A DNA stretch of 64,000 nucleotides, taken from NCBI GenBank assembly GCA_964398205.1, contig CAYNLU010000001.1, positions 417-64,416 on the forward strand, in the 5' to 3' direction. The notes beneath the pieces were generated by a model. It had not been told where the DNA came from. It worked only from the letters and a program-made list of their open reading frames with translations, and made no database searches. Below are positions 27,452 through 36,368 of this stretch, in pieces. Made by a program: the position numbers and the translations under genes. Position 1 is the stretch's first letter. Every line of letters starts with the position of its first letter. This DNA comes from an uncultured Candidatus Saccharibacteria bacterium (GTDB lineage: Bacteria; Patescibacteriota; Minisyncoccia; Phycocordibacterales; UBA9973).

Positions 27452-28114
27452 CTATTTATTCTTTGCAAAAACTTTACCTCTATAAATCCAAACTTTAATA
27501 CCGATAACTCCGTAAGCGAGGGTTGCTCTTTCTCTCTTGTAATCAATATCAGCACGGAAAGTTTGAAGTGGGATAGAACCTCTTTTTAGTTCTTCAGAGC
27601 GAGCAATTTCTGCTCCTCCTAAACGACCACCTAAAACTATACGAGCTCCTTCTACTCCTGGCGCTTGCATAACTTTATCTAAAACTTGCTTCATAACGCG
27701 ACGGTAAGGCATTCTTTTCTCTAAACCTTCAGCAATCATATAAGCCACGATAGATGCGTCTGCTTCTGGATTAGTTATTTCTACAACTTCTAGTTTTAAA
27801 TCTAAAGGACGAGGAAGACCTAATTTATCAATTTTTTTCAAAATATCTTCTTTGAGTTTTGTAGCTCCTTCACCGTTTCTACCGATAAGTAAACCTGGGC
27901 GAGAAGTTTTAATTATAAAACGAGTAGTTTTTTGATTTCTTTCGATTTCTAAAGAAGATACGTAAAGTCCGCGTAATTTCTTTTCTAAATATTCACGTAA
28001 TAAAACATCCCCTTTTAGGAATTTTTTATAATCTTTCGGATCAGCAAACCAGCGAGATTTCCAGTCTCTAAGAATTATCAATCTATGTGCATATGGATGT
28101 ACTATTTTTGACAT
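27452..28114 (-). CDS. rpsC: 30S ribosomal protein S3
   Basis: KH domain plus the S3 C-terminal domain, 220 aa. Confidence 0.95.
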   Translation of the reverse strand: MSKIVHPYAHRLIILRDWKSRWFADPKDYKKFLKGDVLLREYLEKKLRGLYVSSLEIERNQKTTRFIIKTSRPGLLIGRNGEGATKLKEDILKKIDKLGLPRPLDLKLEVVEITNPEADASIVAYMIAEGLEKRMPYRRVMKQVLDKVMQAPGVEGARIVLGGRLGGAEIARSEELKRGSIPLQTFRADIDYKRERATLAYGVIGIKVWIYRGKVFAKNK

Positions 28115-28115
28115 A

Positions 28116-28508
28116 TTATTTTTCTACTTTTTTAGTTGCTGTCTTTTTTGCAACCTTTTTACTTGCTAATTTTTTAACTTTTGAAATTTTTTCACCTAAA
28201 ACTACAGTCAAATGACTTGTTCTTTTGTTGATTCTTGCTCCACGTCCCATAGCACGAGGCATCATTCTTTTCATTACTATACCTTTATCTACTCTTAGTT
28301 CTTTGATGAAAAGATTTGCTTCATCTACTCCTAAAACCTTTGCATTCGCTACTGCTGATTTAATTAATTTTTGGATTGGTAAAGAAGCACGCTTTACTAA
28401 AAAGTCTAACTCTAAAATAGCGTCTTCTATCTTTTTACCTTTTACTAAATTCGCTACTAAACGAACTTTTCTAGGACTTTGTCTGTAATTTTTTAAAAAT
28501 GCTTTCAT
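28116..28508 (-). CDS. rplV: 50S ribosomal protein L22
   Basis: Typical L22 with a Lys/Ala-rich C-terminal tail. Confidence 0.9.
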   Translation of the reverse strand: MKAFLKNYRQSPRKVRLVANLVKGKKIEDAILELDFLVKRASLPIQKLIKSAVANAKVLGVDEANLFIKELRVDKGIVMKRMMPRAMGRGARINKRTSHLTVVLGEKISKVKKLASKKVAKKTATKKVEK

Positions 28509-28547
28509 TTGATTTATTGTTTTTATTAAATATTTTTAGATGCAAAA

Positions 28548-28901
28548 TTATTTCTTCTTAGCTCCTGCTGCTCCAGCGTTAGCTGTAGCTGCTTTTGCTT
28601 GAGCTATTTCGGCTTCTTTCTTCTTTTGCTCTAATTCTTTTTGCATTTTACCTCCGTGCTTAGTAAATTTCTTTGTAGGAGAAAATTCACCTAATTTGTG
28701 ACCTACCATATCTTCAGTTACTAAAACTTCGATATGGACTTTACCGTTATAAACACCAAAAGTAAAACCTAACATCTCAGGTGAAATAACAGCCGCTCTT
28801 TTCCAAGTTTTTATCATTGGAGTTTGTAGAGGGTTTTTACCTGCTATTTTCTTTAATAGTCTCTCGTCAACATTTATTCCTTTTTTGATTGATCTTGTCA
28901 T
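28548..28901 (-). CDS. rpsS: 30S ribosomal protein S19 with an Ala/Lys-rich C-terminal extension
   Basis: MTRSIKKGINVDERLLKKI...GHKLGEFSPTKKF is canonical S19. The extra tail is KKKEAEIAQAKAATANAGAAGAKKK. Confidence 0.9.
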   Translation of the reverse strand: MTRSIKKGINVDERLLKKIAGKNPLQTPMIKTWKRAAVISPEMLGFTFGVYNGKVHIEVLVTEDMVGHKLGEFSPTKKFTKHGGKMQKELEQKKKEAEIAQAKAATANAGAAGAKKK

Positions 28902-28940
28902 AATTTATATAAATAAAAAGCTCTAAAGCGAGCTTATACT

Positions 28941-28968
28941 ATACTAACAAATTTAAAAATAAAGTCAA
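28941..28968 (-). promoter_or_regulatory. sigma70-like promoter upstream of rpsS (TTGACT-N16-TAGTAT)
   Basis: The 24-nt string TAACAAATTTAAAAATAAAGTCAA is shared with the tuf upstream region. Confidence 0.5.
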
Positions 28969-29062
28969 CTACTCGCCAATATACCCTTGATTTTATTACT
29001 TCAAATAAAAAACCCGCTTTTTTTGAAATTATTTTTATAATATTTTTTAAAATAAAAAAGCC

Positions 29063-29434
29063 CTATGTTCTAAGGCTTTCGTTGTTTCTTGATAGCAATT
29101 GAAAATATTTATTTTGCCAATCTTCTACATTTTTAAGAGCTTTTTCTAATTTTTCTTCAAGCTCTTTAATTTTTGGATTTTCTTTTTTGGAACGCTTCCA
29201 GGAAGAGAGCTCCTCTTTAGACATCTTTTGAAATCTTAAAAGACGATTTTCCAATTCAGCAATGTAGGAAATATTTTTCCCATTTTCTATCTTAATTTTT
29301 TTAAGTTCTTCTTCAAGTAATTGAATTCCCTCACTTTCAGGGTGATTTCTTTTAATCTTTAAAAGAATCTTATCAAGATAAGGATCCTCTATTGTAAATC
29401 CCTTTTTAGTTTGTGATTTTCCCATGAATAACAA
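29063..29434 (-). CDS. hypothetical coiled-coil protein (123 aa)
   Basis: Heptad-rich, K/E-rich ORF between the repeat copy and the rpsS promoter. Confidence 0.45.
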   Translation of the reverse strand: MLFMGKSQTKKGFTIEDPYLDKILLKIKRNHPESEGIQLLEEELKKIKIENGKNISYIAELENRLLRFQKMSKEELSSWKRSKKENPKIKELEEKLEKALKNVEDWQNKYFQLLSRNNESLRT

Positions 29435-29471
29435 TTTTTATTGACTTTAACACAAAAATACATTTTTGTAA

Positions 29472-29508
29472 ACAAAAAACCACTAGTTTTGCTAGTGATT
29501 TTTGTTTT
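29472..29508. terminator. copy A of a 36-bp repeated terminator hairpin (ACAAAAAACCACTAGTTTTGCTAGTGATTTTTGTTTT)
   Basis: Nearly identical (one A indel) to copy B at 31621-31656. Stem CACUAG/CUAGUG with A and U tracts. Confidence 0.6.
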
Positions 29509-29532
29509 TTATAGTAAAATCTTCATTTTTTA

Positions 29533-29895
29533 TCGCTGTATTCTTGCAAAAACTATATCATTAGTTACAGCATCGAATAAAAGATGTAATCCATTTAAAT
29601 CAAAAACCCTACCTAATTTTAATTCAACATTTCCTGTCTTTAGATCAATAAATTCATAATAAAATATGTCACTAGTTAATCTTTTTTCAACCTTTCCTGT
29701 TTTTCTATCAGTAATAACTTCTTCGTAAACTTTAGTTGCTAGATTTTCCTTTCGATTATTGTCATCCAGAAAATAAAATTTATGTGCAGGAACATATGGG
29801 CAAGGTGTCGGATTAGGATCATTAGGAATAGGGTCGCATGGGTAATAAATTGCTTGTGACTCACCATAATAACCATCTAGTTTTTTGCCATTTCT
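29533..29895 (-). other. 121-codon -1-frame extension of the upstream CDS, open from the slippery site A_AAA_AAC (mRNA 29888-29880) to TAA at 29530-29532, with 115 codons beyond the zero-frame stop; no start codon of its own
   Basis: The frame contains no ATG, GTG or TTG. It begins exactly at the heptamer GCA AAA AAC that precedes the zero-frame TAG at 29877-29879. The translation is Pro/Tyr-rich (YYPCDPIPNDPNPTPCPYVP) followed by KTG repeats. Confidence 0.5.
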
Positions 29896-30614
29896 TCATA
29901 AGAAAAAACCGGTTTTAAATCCAACACCTCGGGCCATAAATGTCCGATTATTGTTAATTTATCATCACTTGGTATTATTACAATATTTTTATTTAAGAAA
30001 TCATTTTTTTCTTTATTGTATTCTAATACATTTATATTAGTTTCAACTTTTAATCCAGATGATATAAACACACCGTTTTTAGAAAAAATATTTTTTCCAC
30101 TAATATTTAGTTTATCATAGGAATTTAAACCGAAGAAATCTTTATTTTTATAGAGAAAATCTTTGTAATTTGTTGCGATTTCAAAAGCAAAAGTTTGTTT
30201 ATATTTATTATGATCCTGTAAAAAATCCTCAGTTGACTTGCCTAAATGTATTTTTTTTATTAAATCTTTATTTGTGGTTTCAATCTTTTTTATGAATCCG
30301 TACTCGTTTAAATCAACTGTCCAGTCTTTTCCATTTAGTAAAATAAAATCTTGGACTCGTTTTTGTATTTCTTTTTCATTGAGTTTTTTATAAACTGAAG
30401 TTTTATAATAAGAAGGAGTAGTTTCTAGTTTTTCCTTCACATTAGATATATCTATGAATTTATTTTGGTCATAAAAATCTTCTGTAATTTTAGTATCGTT
30501 TAGATTATTTTTTATAGAAGAATTGTCATTTATTTTAATAATTTTATCTTTAAATTTAAAAAAAATTACTAAAATTATTACAAAAACAGAAATCAAAACT
30601 ATGCTTTTTTTCAT
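29877..30614 (-). CDS. secreted or membrane-anchored hypothetical protein (245 aa as called; probably longer via the -1 frame)
   Basis: N-terminal signal/TM anchor KKSIVLISVFVIILVIFF. See the -1 frame continuation at 29533-29895. Confidence 0.55.
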   Translation of the reverse strand: MKKSIVLISVFVIILVIFFKFKDKIIKINDNSSIKNNLNDTKITEDFYDQNKFIDISNVKEKLETTPSYYKTSVYKKLNEKEIQKRVQDFILLNGKDWTVDLNEYGFIKKIETTNKDLIKKIHLGKSTEDFLQDHNKYKQTFAFEIATNYKDFLYKNKDFFGLNSYDKLNISGKNIFSKNGVFISSGLKVETNINVLEYNKEKNDFLNKNIVIIPSDDKLTIIGHLWPEVLDLKPVFSYEEMAKN

Positions 30615-30673
30615 GTTATTAATTATAACATAACATAAAAAATAAATTATTGAGGTAATTTTTAAGCAATTAT

Positions 30674-31597
30674 TTATTCTTCACAGAATATATTTTTAAT
30701 AGGTTTATCTATTGGTTTTGTACCAGAAACATCACTACAAAAATAACCTTCTTCATTCTCTAGCTTTACCGCAAAAGCCCAACCTTTATCTGGGACACTA
30801 AAACAATACATTTCTTTTATATTTTGTTCTTTTAAACTGTTCAAGGTAGTAGCAATATTTTCTGAGTAACCATTATTACCGGGATTAAACAAAGAACCTG
30901 ATACAGGAGCAAAACAATCTCCATTATTTTCAACTGCTCCATAGCCAACTTTATCATATAAAATATTTGCTGTCGTAAAAACAGAAGCCACAGTTTGTTT
31001 TATATAAAGATCTATTTCTTTTTTGGAAACCGATTTTTCAGGTACAACAAGTTTTAATTCATCTGGGCCTAGAATATAAGGAATATTACTTAAAACTTGA
31101 GGGTTTTTATCTACATATTCAATATATGAATTTTCTTGTTTTTCAATAGAAATAAAACCGAGTTCTTTTAAAAAATAAAGAGTGAAGAATAAATATAATA
31201 TATTGAAAATGATAATTATAATTGAAGTAATTATATTTAACTTTCCGTATTTATTTTTTCTAAAAATTATACCTATAATTAATTGAGGTAATGATAATAA
31301 GAAAATTATATTTAAGGCTATTGATGATGTATTTAACAATAAAACTAAAAGCCCTTTTGAAGTATCACTATGTGGTAAAAATCCAAGCAATACTCTTGCA
31401 ATGAGAAAAATAAGAATAGCAAAAGAAATTACAAAAAATATTATCTTTTCTATGCCTAGTCGATTTAGTGAAGAAAATGCTTGATTTAAATCCTCCTGAC
31501 TCCATCCTTCTTTCATTAAATTTTCTTGAATAACTTCTTCTTTTATCCCCTTCGCTTTTTCTTCTTTAACATATTTAATTAATTCTTCTGTAATCAT
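30674..31597 (-). CDS. hypothetical membrane protein (cytoplasmic N-domain, 4-5 TM helices, Cys-containing extracytoplasmic C-domain)
   Basis: The ORF track extends to 31624, but that start overlaps the terminator hairpin. The internal Met at 31597 (MITEEL...) is the more likely start. Confidence 0.5.
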   Translation of the reverse strand: MITEELIKYVKEEKAKGIKEEVIQENLMKEGWSQEDLNQAFSSLNRLGIEKIIFFVISFAILIFLIARVLLGFLPHSDTSKGLLVLLLNTSSIALNIIFLLSLPQLIIGIIFRKNKYGKLNIITSIIIIIFNILYLFFTLYFLKELGFISIEKQENSYIEYVDKNPQVLSNIPYILGPDELKLVVPEKSVSKKEIDLYIKQTVASVFTTANILYDKVGYGAVENNGDCFAPVSGSLFNPGNNGYSENIATTLNSLKEQNIKEMYCFSVPDKGWAFAVKLENEEGYFCSDVSGTKPIDKPIKNIFCEE

Positions 31598-31620
31598 TAA
31601 TCTAATTATAACCAAACAAA

Positions 31621-31656
31621 ACAAAAACCACTAGTTTTGCTAGTGATTTTTGTTTT
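31621..31656. terminator. copy B of the 36-bp repeated terminator hairpin, immediately 3' of rplB
   Basis: ACAAAAACCACTAGTTTTGCTAGTGATTTTTGTTTT. Separates rplB from the inserted cassette. Confidence 0.6.
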
Positions 31657-31660
31657 AGAA

Positions 31661-32500
31661 TTATTTCTTTTTACCAACTTTTCTTCGAGATACGATGAAT
31701 ACGTTTGAGTATTTCTTAGGAGTACGAGTTTTGCGTCCACCTGTAACCTTACCCCAAAGAGTTTTAGGTCTCTTAGTACCGCGACCTTGACGGCCTTCAC
31801 CTCCTCCGTATGGGTGATCTACTGGGTTCATAGCAGTACCACGAACCTTAGGACGAATACCCTTCCAACGTGAACGTCCAGCTTTACCGAAGTTTACTAA
31901 GTGATGCTCTTCATTTGAAACTGTACCAATACAAGCCCAAGCATTTTCAGAAACTTTACGAACTTCTGAAGATGGCATTTTAAGTGAAGTATAACCTTCA
32001 GCATTCGCTACAACTTGAGCAAAGATACCAGCAGAACGAGCTATTTTAGAACCTGTACCTGCTTTGATTTCAGCGTTATATACAAAAGTACCTACTGGAA
32101 TATTCTTTAAAGGAAGTCTATTTGCTGGAGTTAAAGAAGCTTTTTCAGATACTATGAAAGTTGTACCTGGCTTTACGTCTTTTGGTAAAACTACATATCT
32201 CTTTTCACCGTCTTTATAAACTGCAAGTCCAATAAAAGCACTGCGGTTTGGATCATATTCAACAGTTTTAATAACTGCAGGAATATCTTTTTTATCATAT
32301 TTAAAATCAACATCACGATAAAGTCTCTTGTGACCTCCTCCACGATGTCTTGAAGTAAGACGACCAGCGGAATTTCTTCCCATAGCTCTTTTGAAACCTC
32401 CTGTTAAGGATTTTTCTGGAGCTACTTTTGACAACACACCTTTATAGGTAACAGTTGTCATTTGTCTTCTTGATTTACTTGTAGGTTTGTATGTTTTCAT
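31661..32500 (-). CDS. rplB: 50S ribosomal protein L2
   Basis: 279 aa with canonical L2 motifs (GRNSAGRLTSRHRGGGHKRLYR, HPYGGGEG). Confidence 0.95.
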   Translation of the reverse strand: MKTYKPTSKSRRQMTTVTYKGVLSKVAPEKSLTGGFKRAMGRNSAGRLTSRHRGGGHKRLYRDVDFKYDKKDIPAVIKTVEYDPNRSAFIGLAVYKDGEKRYVVLPKDVKPGTTFIVSEKASLTPANRLPLKNIPVGTFVYNAEIKAGTGSKIARSAGIFAQVVANAEGYTSLKMPSSEVRKVSENAWACIGTVSNEEHHLVNFGKAGRSRWKGIRPKVRGTAMNPVDHPYGGGEGRQGRGTKRPKTLWGKVTGGRKTRTPKKYSNVFIVSRRKVGKKK

Positions 32501-32510
32501 ATCTTTATAA

Positions 32511-32789
32511 TTATGCTATTTCTATTTTATCTCCCTTTTTTAAATATACATACGCCTTTCTACCACCTTCTTTTAAAGAAGTTTTATAACGAAAAGAAGT
32601 TCTTTTCTCTGGCATATTCACAATATTGACTTTAACAGGGGTAACTTTAAAAAGTGAAAAAATTGCTTTTTTAACTTCATTCTTAGTTGCACTTTTACCT
32701 ACATCAAAAGTATAGATATTTTGCTCGTAAGCAAAAGATGCTTTTTCAGTTACTCTTGGATTTTTAATTATTTCTTTATCGTTTTTCAT
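32511..32789 (-). CDS. rplW: 50S ribosomal protein L23
   Basis: 92 aa, between rplD and rplB. Confidence 0.85.
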   Translation of the reverse strand: MKNDKEIIKNPRVTEKASFAYEQNIYTFDVGKSATKNEVKKAIFSLFKVTPVKVNIVNMPEKRTSFRYKTSLKEGGRKAYVYLKKGDKIEIA

Positions 32790-32790
32790 A

Positions 32791-33456
32791 TTATTTATTT
32801 CTTCTTCCAGCTAAGAATTTAACACTTTCTTCCGCGTTTTCAATCACTAAATATTTATGATTTAAAACATCAAGCGGATTTAAGTTTTTTACGAAAACTA
32901 AATCAAGGGCTGGTAAATTTCTAAAGCTTTTAACTTTATTATCTTCTTTATCAAATAAAGCAGTTAATAATTTTGGTTTTTTGGAAGTAGCTAATTTGTC
33001 GTCTTTTAGGATTTTAGCAATATTTTCTAAAACAACTTCTGCATTTTTAGTTTTCAATTCTGTCATTGCTAAACTATCTATAAATAGTATTTCTCCGTCT
33101 TTTAATTTACGAGAAAGTACTGAGTATAAAGCTTCAGCACGCATTTTCTTTGAAATTTTTCTGTCGTAATTTTTCTCTGAAAGTGGACCGTGAGTCACAC
33201 CTCCCCCTACCCAGATAGGTGAACGAGTAGATCCATGACGAGCACGTCCTGTACCTTTTTGTTTCCAAGGTTTGCGACCACCTCCACGTACTTCTCCACG
33301 ATCTTTAGTATCTGCAGTACCACTACGTGCGTTAGAACGCATAGATTCGACTACTTGGTGAACTAAATCACTTCTCCATTTTGCACCGAAAACATTTTCC
33401 GGCAAATTTATAGAGCCTACTTCTTTTCCTTTTTGGTTGTAAATCTTTGCTTCCAT
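32791..33456 (-). CDS. rplD: 50S ribosomal protein L4
   Basis: Typical L4 with a Gly/Arg-rich loop (RGGGRKPWKQKGTGRAR). Confidence 0.9.
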   Translation of the reverse strand: MEAKIYNQKGKEVGSINLPENVFGAKWRSDLVHQVVESMRSNARSGTADTKDRGEVRGGGRKPWKQKGTGRARHGSTRSPIWVGGGVTHGPLSEKNYDRKISKKMRAEALYSVLSRKLKDGEILFIDSLAMTELKTKNAEVVLENIAKILKDDKLATSKKPKLLTALFDKEDNKVKSFRNLPALDLVFVKNLNPLDVLNHKYLVIENAEESVKFLAGRRNK

Positions 33457-33459
33457 ATT

Positions 33460-34083
33460 TTAATTATATATTTCTACTAAACTTCCAGTAACACCAGGGA
33501 TAGCTCCCTTCAAAAGAATTAAGTTGTTTTCATTATCAAGCATAACTACTTTTAAATTCTTTTGGGTGATTCTGTCAGAACCTGTACGACCAGCCATACG
33601 CATACCTTTCGGTACGTGAGTACGAAGACCTCCACCGATACTACCTGGTTCGCGTTCTGAGTGCTTTTGACCGTGAGTTCGAGGTCCTCCAGCGAATCCA
33701 TGACGTTTTACAACACCTTGAAAACCTTTACCTTTTGAAGTACCAGATACCATTACCTTATCACCAACTGCAAGCATATCGAATACATTAAGAGTATCGC
33801 CTACTTTATATTTCTCTACTTCATCAGTATGAAATTCCTTTAAGACTTTAAAAGAACCTAAATCTTTCATATGACCTTTTAATGGTTTTGAAATATTTTT
33901 TGTTTTTCTCGTGCCAAAACCAACTTGAATAGCATTGTATCCATCAGTTGCTTTAGTCTTGATTTGAGTTACTATCATCGGTGAAGTAGAAATAGCGGTC
34001 ACAGGTACCACTACACCATCTTCGGTGAAGTACTCAGTCATTTTTTCTTTTGTTCCTAAAATAAATTTCATTTTGTCTTTCAT
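33460..34083 (-). CDS. rplC: 50S ribosomal protein L3
   Basis: Typical L3 (KGKGFQGVVKRHGF). Confidence 0.9.
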   Translation of the reverse strand: MKDKMKFILGTKEKMTEYFTEDGVVVPVTAISTSPMIVTQIKTKATDGYNAIQVGFGTRKTKNISKPLKGHMKDLGSFKVLKEFHTDEVEKYKVGDTLNVFDMLAVGDKVMVSGTSKGKGFQGVVKRHGFAGGPRTHGQKHSEREPGSIGGGLRTHVPKGMRMAGRTGSDRITQKNLKVVMLDNENNLILLKGAIPGVTGSLVEIYN

Positions 34084-34093
34084 TGATTTATAA

Positions 34094-34483
34094 TTACATC
34101 ATTTTAACATCAATATCAACTCCTGAAGGTAAAGATAAGTTAGTCAAAGACTCAACTATGTTAGCGCCAGGATTTATAATATCGATTAATCTTTTGTGAA
34201 CTCTGATTTCAAATTGTTCTCGTGCATTTTTGTAAACAAAAGAAGCTCTGTTTACTGTATATTTTTTTATCTCAGTTGGTAGAGGTACTGGTCCTAGAAC
34301 TTTACCATCATAACGTAGTGCGGTATCGATGATTTGTTTTACAGAAGAGTCTAAAATCTTACTATCGTAAGCACGAACTCTTATACGCAAAACAACATCT
34401 CCCCCTTCCTTTTTGGTAGCTTTAGGTACTTTAATAGTAGCCTTTTTTGAACCTGTCTTCTTTTTTGTTTCTGTGTTTGCCAT
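34094..34483 (-). CDS. rpsJ: 30S ribosomal protein S10 with a Lys-rich N-terminal extension (or a mis-called upstream start)
   Basis: Core VLRIRVRAYDSKILDSSV...GPVPLPT is canonical S10. About 30 extra N-terminal residues precede it, and an internal TTG start is possible. Confidence 0.85.
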   Translation of the reverse strand: MANTETKKKTGSKKATIKVPKATKKEGGDVVLRIRVRAYDSKILDSSVKQIIDTALRYDGKVLGPVPLPTEIKKYTVNRASFVYKNAREQFEIRVHKRLIDIINPGANIVESLTNLSLPSGVDIDVKMM

Positions 34484-34503
34484 ATTTTTTAGGCGTTAGT
34501 ATT

Positions 34504-34534
34504 GGTATAGATTAATTATTAATTAATCTATACC
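34504..34534. repeat. 31-bp perfect AT-rich palindrome (GGTATAGATTAATTA-T-TAATTAATCTATACC) between tuf and rpsJ
   Basis: Exact reverse-complement symmetry in the sequence. Possible operator or weak terminator. Confidence 0.6.
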
Positions 34535-34549
34535 AACTAATCGCTAATA

Positions 34550-35743
34550 CTATCCTAATATTTTTGTAACAACTCCTGCACCAACAGTTTTACCTCCTTC
34601 ACGGATAGCAAACTTTTGTGATTCTTCAAGAGCTACTGGAGTAACTAATTTAACTGTAATCTTAACATTGTCTCCAGGCATAACCATTTCCTTTCCTTCT
34701 TCTAACATAACTTCACCAGTTACGTCTGTTGTACGGATATAGAATTGAGGTTTATAACCTTTGAAGAATGGAGTGTGACGACCACCTTCTTCTTTCTTTA
34801 ATACATAGATTTCAGCTGTGAAATTATCATGAGGAGTAACTGTACCTGTCTTTGCTAGAACTTGTCCACGAGTAATGTCTTCTTTCTTAAGACCACGTAG
34901 CAAGATACCTGCATTGTCTCCAGCCATACCTTCTTGGAGGTTTTTGTTGAACATTTCGATACCTGTAACTGTAGATTTTACAGTTGCTTTAATACCAACG
35001 ATTTCAACTTCTTCACCTACTTTAACAACACCTCTTTCGATTTTACCAGTAACAACAGTTCCACGTCCTTCGATTGAGAAGATATCTTCTACAGGCATAA
35101 GGAAAGGTTTTGCTATATCACGTTCTGGAACTGGGATATAAGTATCAAGAGCGTTTGTTAATTCAAGGATTTTCTTTGCCCATTCGTCTTCAGCTGAAGT
35201 AGCTTCAAGACCTTTTAGAGCTGATCCACGGATTACAGGAGCACCTGCGCCGTCGAAACCTTGTTTTGTTAACAATTCACGGATTTCTTCTTCAACTAGG
35301 TCGATCATATCTTTATCATCAACCATATCACATTTGTTAAGGAAAACGATAATCTTTGGAACACCAACTTGTTTAGCAAGCAAAATGTGTTCACGAGTTT
35401 GTGGCATTGCACCGTCTGTTGCAGCAACTACTAAAATAGCACCGTCCATTTGGGCAGCACCTGTGATCATGTTTTTGATGTAGTCAGCGTGTCCTGGAGC
35501 ATCGATGTGAGCATAGTGACGAGTGTCTGTTGAGTACTCGTTGTGAGAAATGTTAATAGTAATACCACGAGCTTTTTCTTCTGGGGCATTGTCAATATCA
35601 TTAACACCTTTCATCTTAACTTGCTTACCTGCTAGGTTAAGACAGTTTAGGATAGCTGCTGTTAATGTTGTTTTACCGTGGTCAACGTGACCGATAGTAC
35701 CTACGTTTACGTGAGGTTTATCTCTTTTAAATTCTTCTGCCAT
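34550..35743 (-). CDS. tuf: elongation factor Tu
   Basis: [18 protein letters not shown]-like (DAPGHADY) and NKCD G-motifs, 397 aa. Confidence 0.97.
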   Translation of the reverse strand: MAEEFKRDKPHVNVGTIGHVDHGKTTLTAAILNCLNLAGKQVKMKGVNDIDNAPEEKARGITINISHNEYSTDTRHYAHIDAPGHADYIKNMITGAAQMDGAILVVAATDGAMPQTREHILLAKQVGVPKIIVFLNKCDMVDDKDMIDLVEEEIRELLTKQGFDGAGAPVIRGSALKGLEATSAEDEWAKKILELTNALDTYIPVPERDIAKPFLMPVEDIFSIEGRGTVVTGKIERGVVKVGEEVEIVGIKATVKSTVTGIEMFNKNLQEGMAGDNAGILLRGLKKEDITRGQVLAKTGTVTPHDNFTAEIYVLKKEEGGRHTPFFKGYKPQFYIRTTDVTGEVMLEEGKEMVMPGDNVKITVKLVTPVALEESQKFAIREGGKTVGAGVVTKILG

Positions 35744-35896
35744 ATATATTTTCTTTAATAATTAGGGCTTAATCCACGAGAAGTAAAAAGCTCTAACTAC
35801 TAATTATATAAATTATTAATAATATTAAGTTTGGTGACTAACCAAGCTTTTTTATAAAATTACCAACTAAAAAACTGCGAAAGTGCAGTTGTTTCT

Positions 35897-35924
35897 ATAT
35901 TAACAAATTTAAAAATAAAGTCAA
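35897..35924 (-). promoter_or_regulatory. sigma70-like promoter upstream of tuf (TTGACT-N16-TAATAT), followed by a 5'-UTR hairpin ACUGCGAAAGUGCAGU
   Basis: Consensus-like -35 and -10 boxes. The same 24-nt string occurs upstream of rpsS. Confidence 0.55.
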
Positions 35925-35979
35925 ATTGTGAATAAATTAAAATGCCAGGTTTTAGAATAATCTAAAACCTGGCTAAATC

Positions 35980-36285
35980 TTAAGGCAAGCTAAGTTGTTG
36001 TTTTAAAGAAAACATAGCATTATTATAAAGCTTTTGAGCCAAAATCGGCTTTTTCTGCTTTATATTAAAAATTCTTTTATTAATTTCAGGAATCTTATTT
36101 TCCTTGAAAAATAAAGAAATCTGGTTGTCATCCATTAATGGAACATACAAACAGTCTCCTGTTCTGTAAAAAAATAATTTTAAAAAATCTTCAAAAATTA
36201 AAGCATTTCTAGGTACTCCTAACTTGTCTTTAAGTAATGAATAGGCTGCGTTTTTGGTGTAAACACCATCGTTTTTACTTAACAT
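35980..36285 (-). CDS. hypothetical protein (101 aa)
   Basis: ORF followed by a 10-bp hairpin GCCAGGUUUU...AAAACCUGGC. Confidence 0.4.
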   Translation of the reverse strand: MLSKNDGVYTKNAAYSLLKDKLGVPRNALIFEDFLKLFFYRTGDCLYVPLMDDNQISLFFKENKIPEINKRIFNIKQKKPILAQKLYNNAMFSLKQQLSLP

Positions 36286-36368
36286 AATTACATGTTTTAA
36301 GTTTTAAAAAAGAATTATTTCAAAATTAGCTTACCATATATAGGTAAAAAGTAAACCTGGCAAATTAT

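Noticed and set aside
29530-29879. Stop-codon read-through (in-frame TAG) initially suspected for the 29877-30614 gene
   Set aside because: Careful frame counting shows the downstream open frame is -1 relative to the gene, not in-frame. It is reinterpreted as a frameshift at the A_AAA_AAC heptamer.
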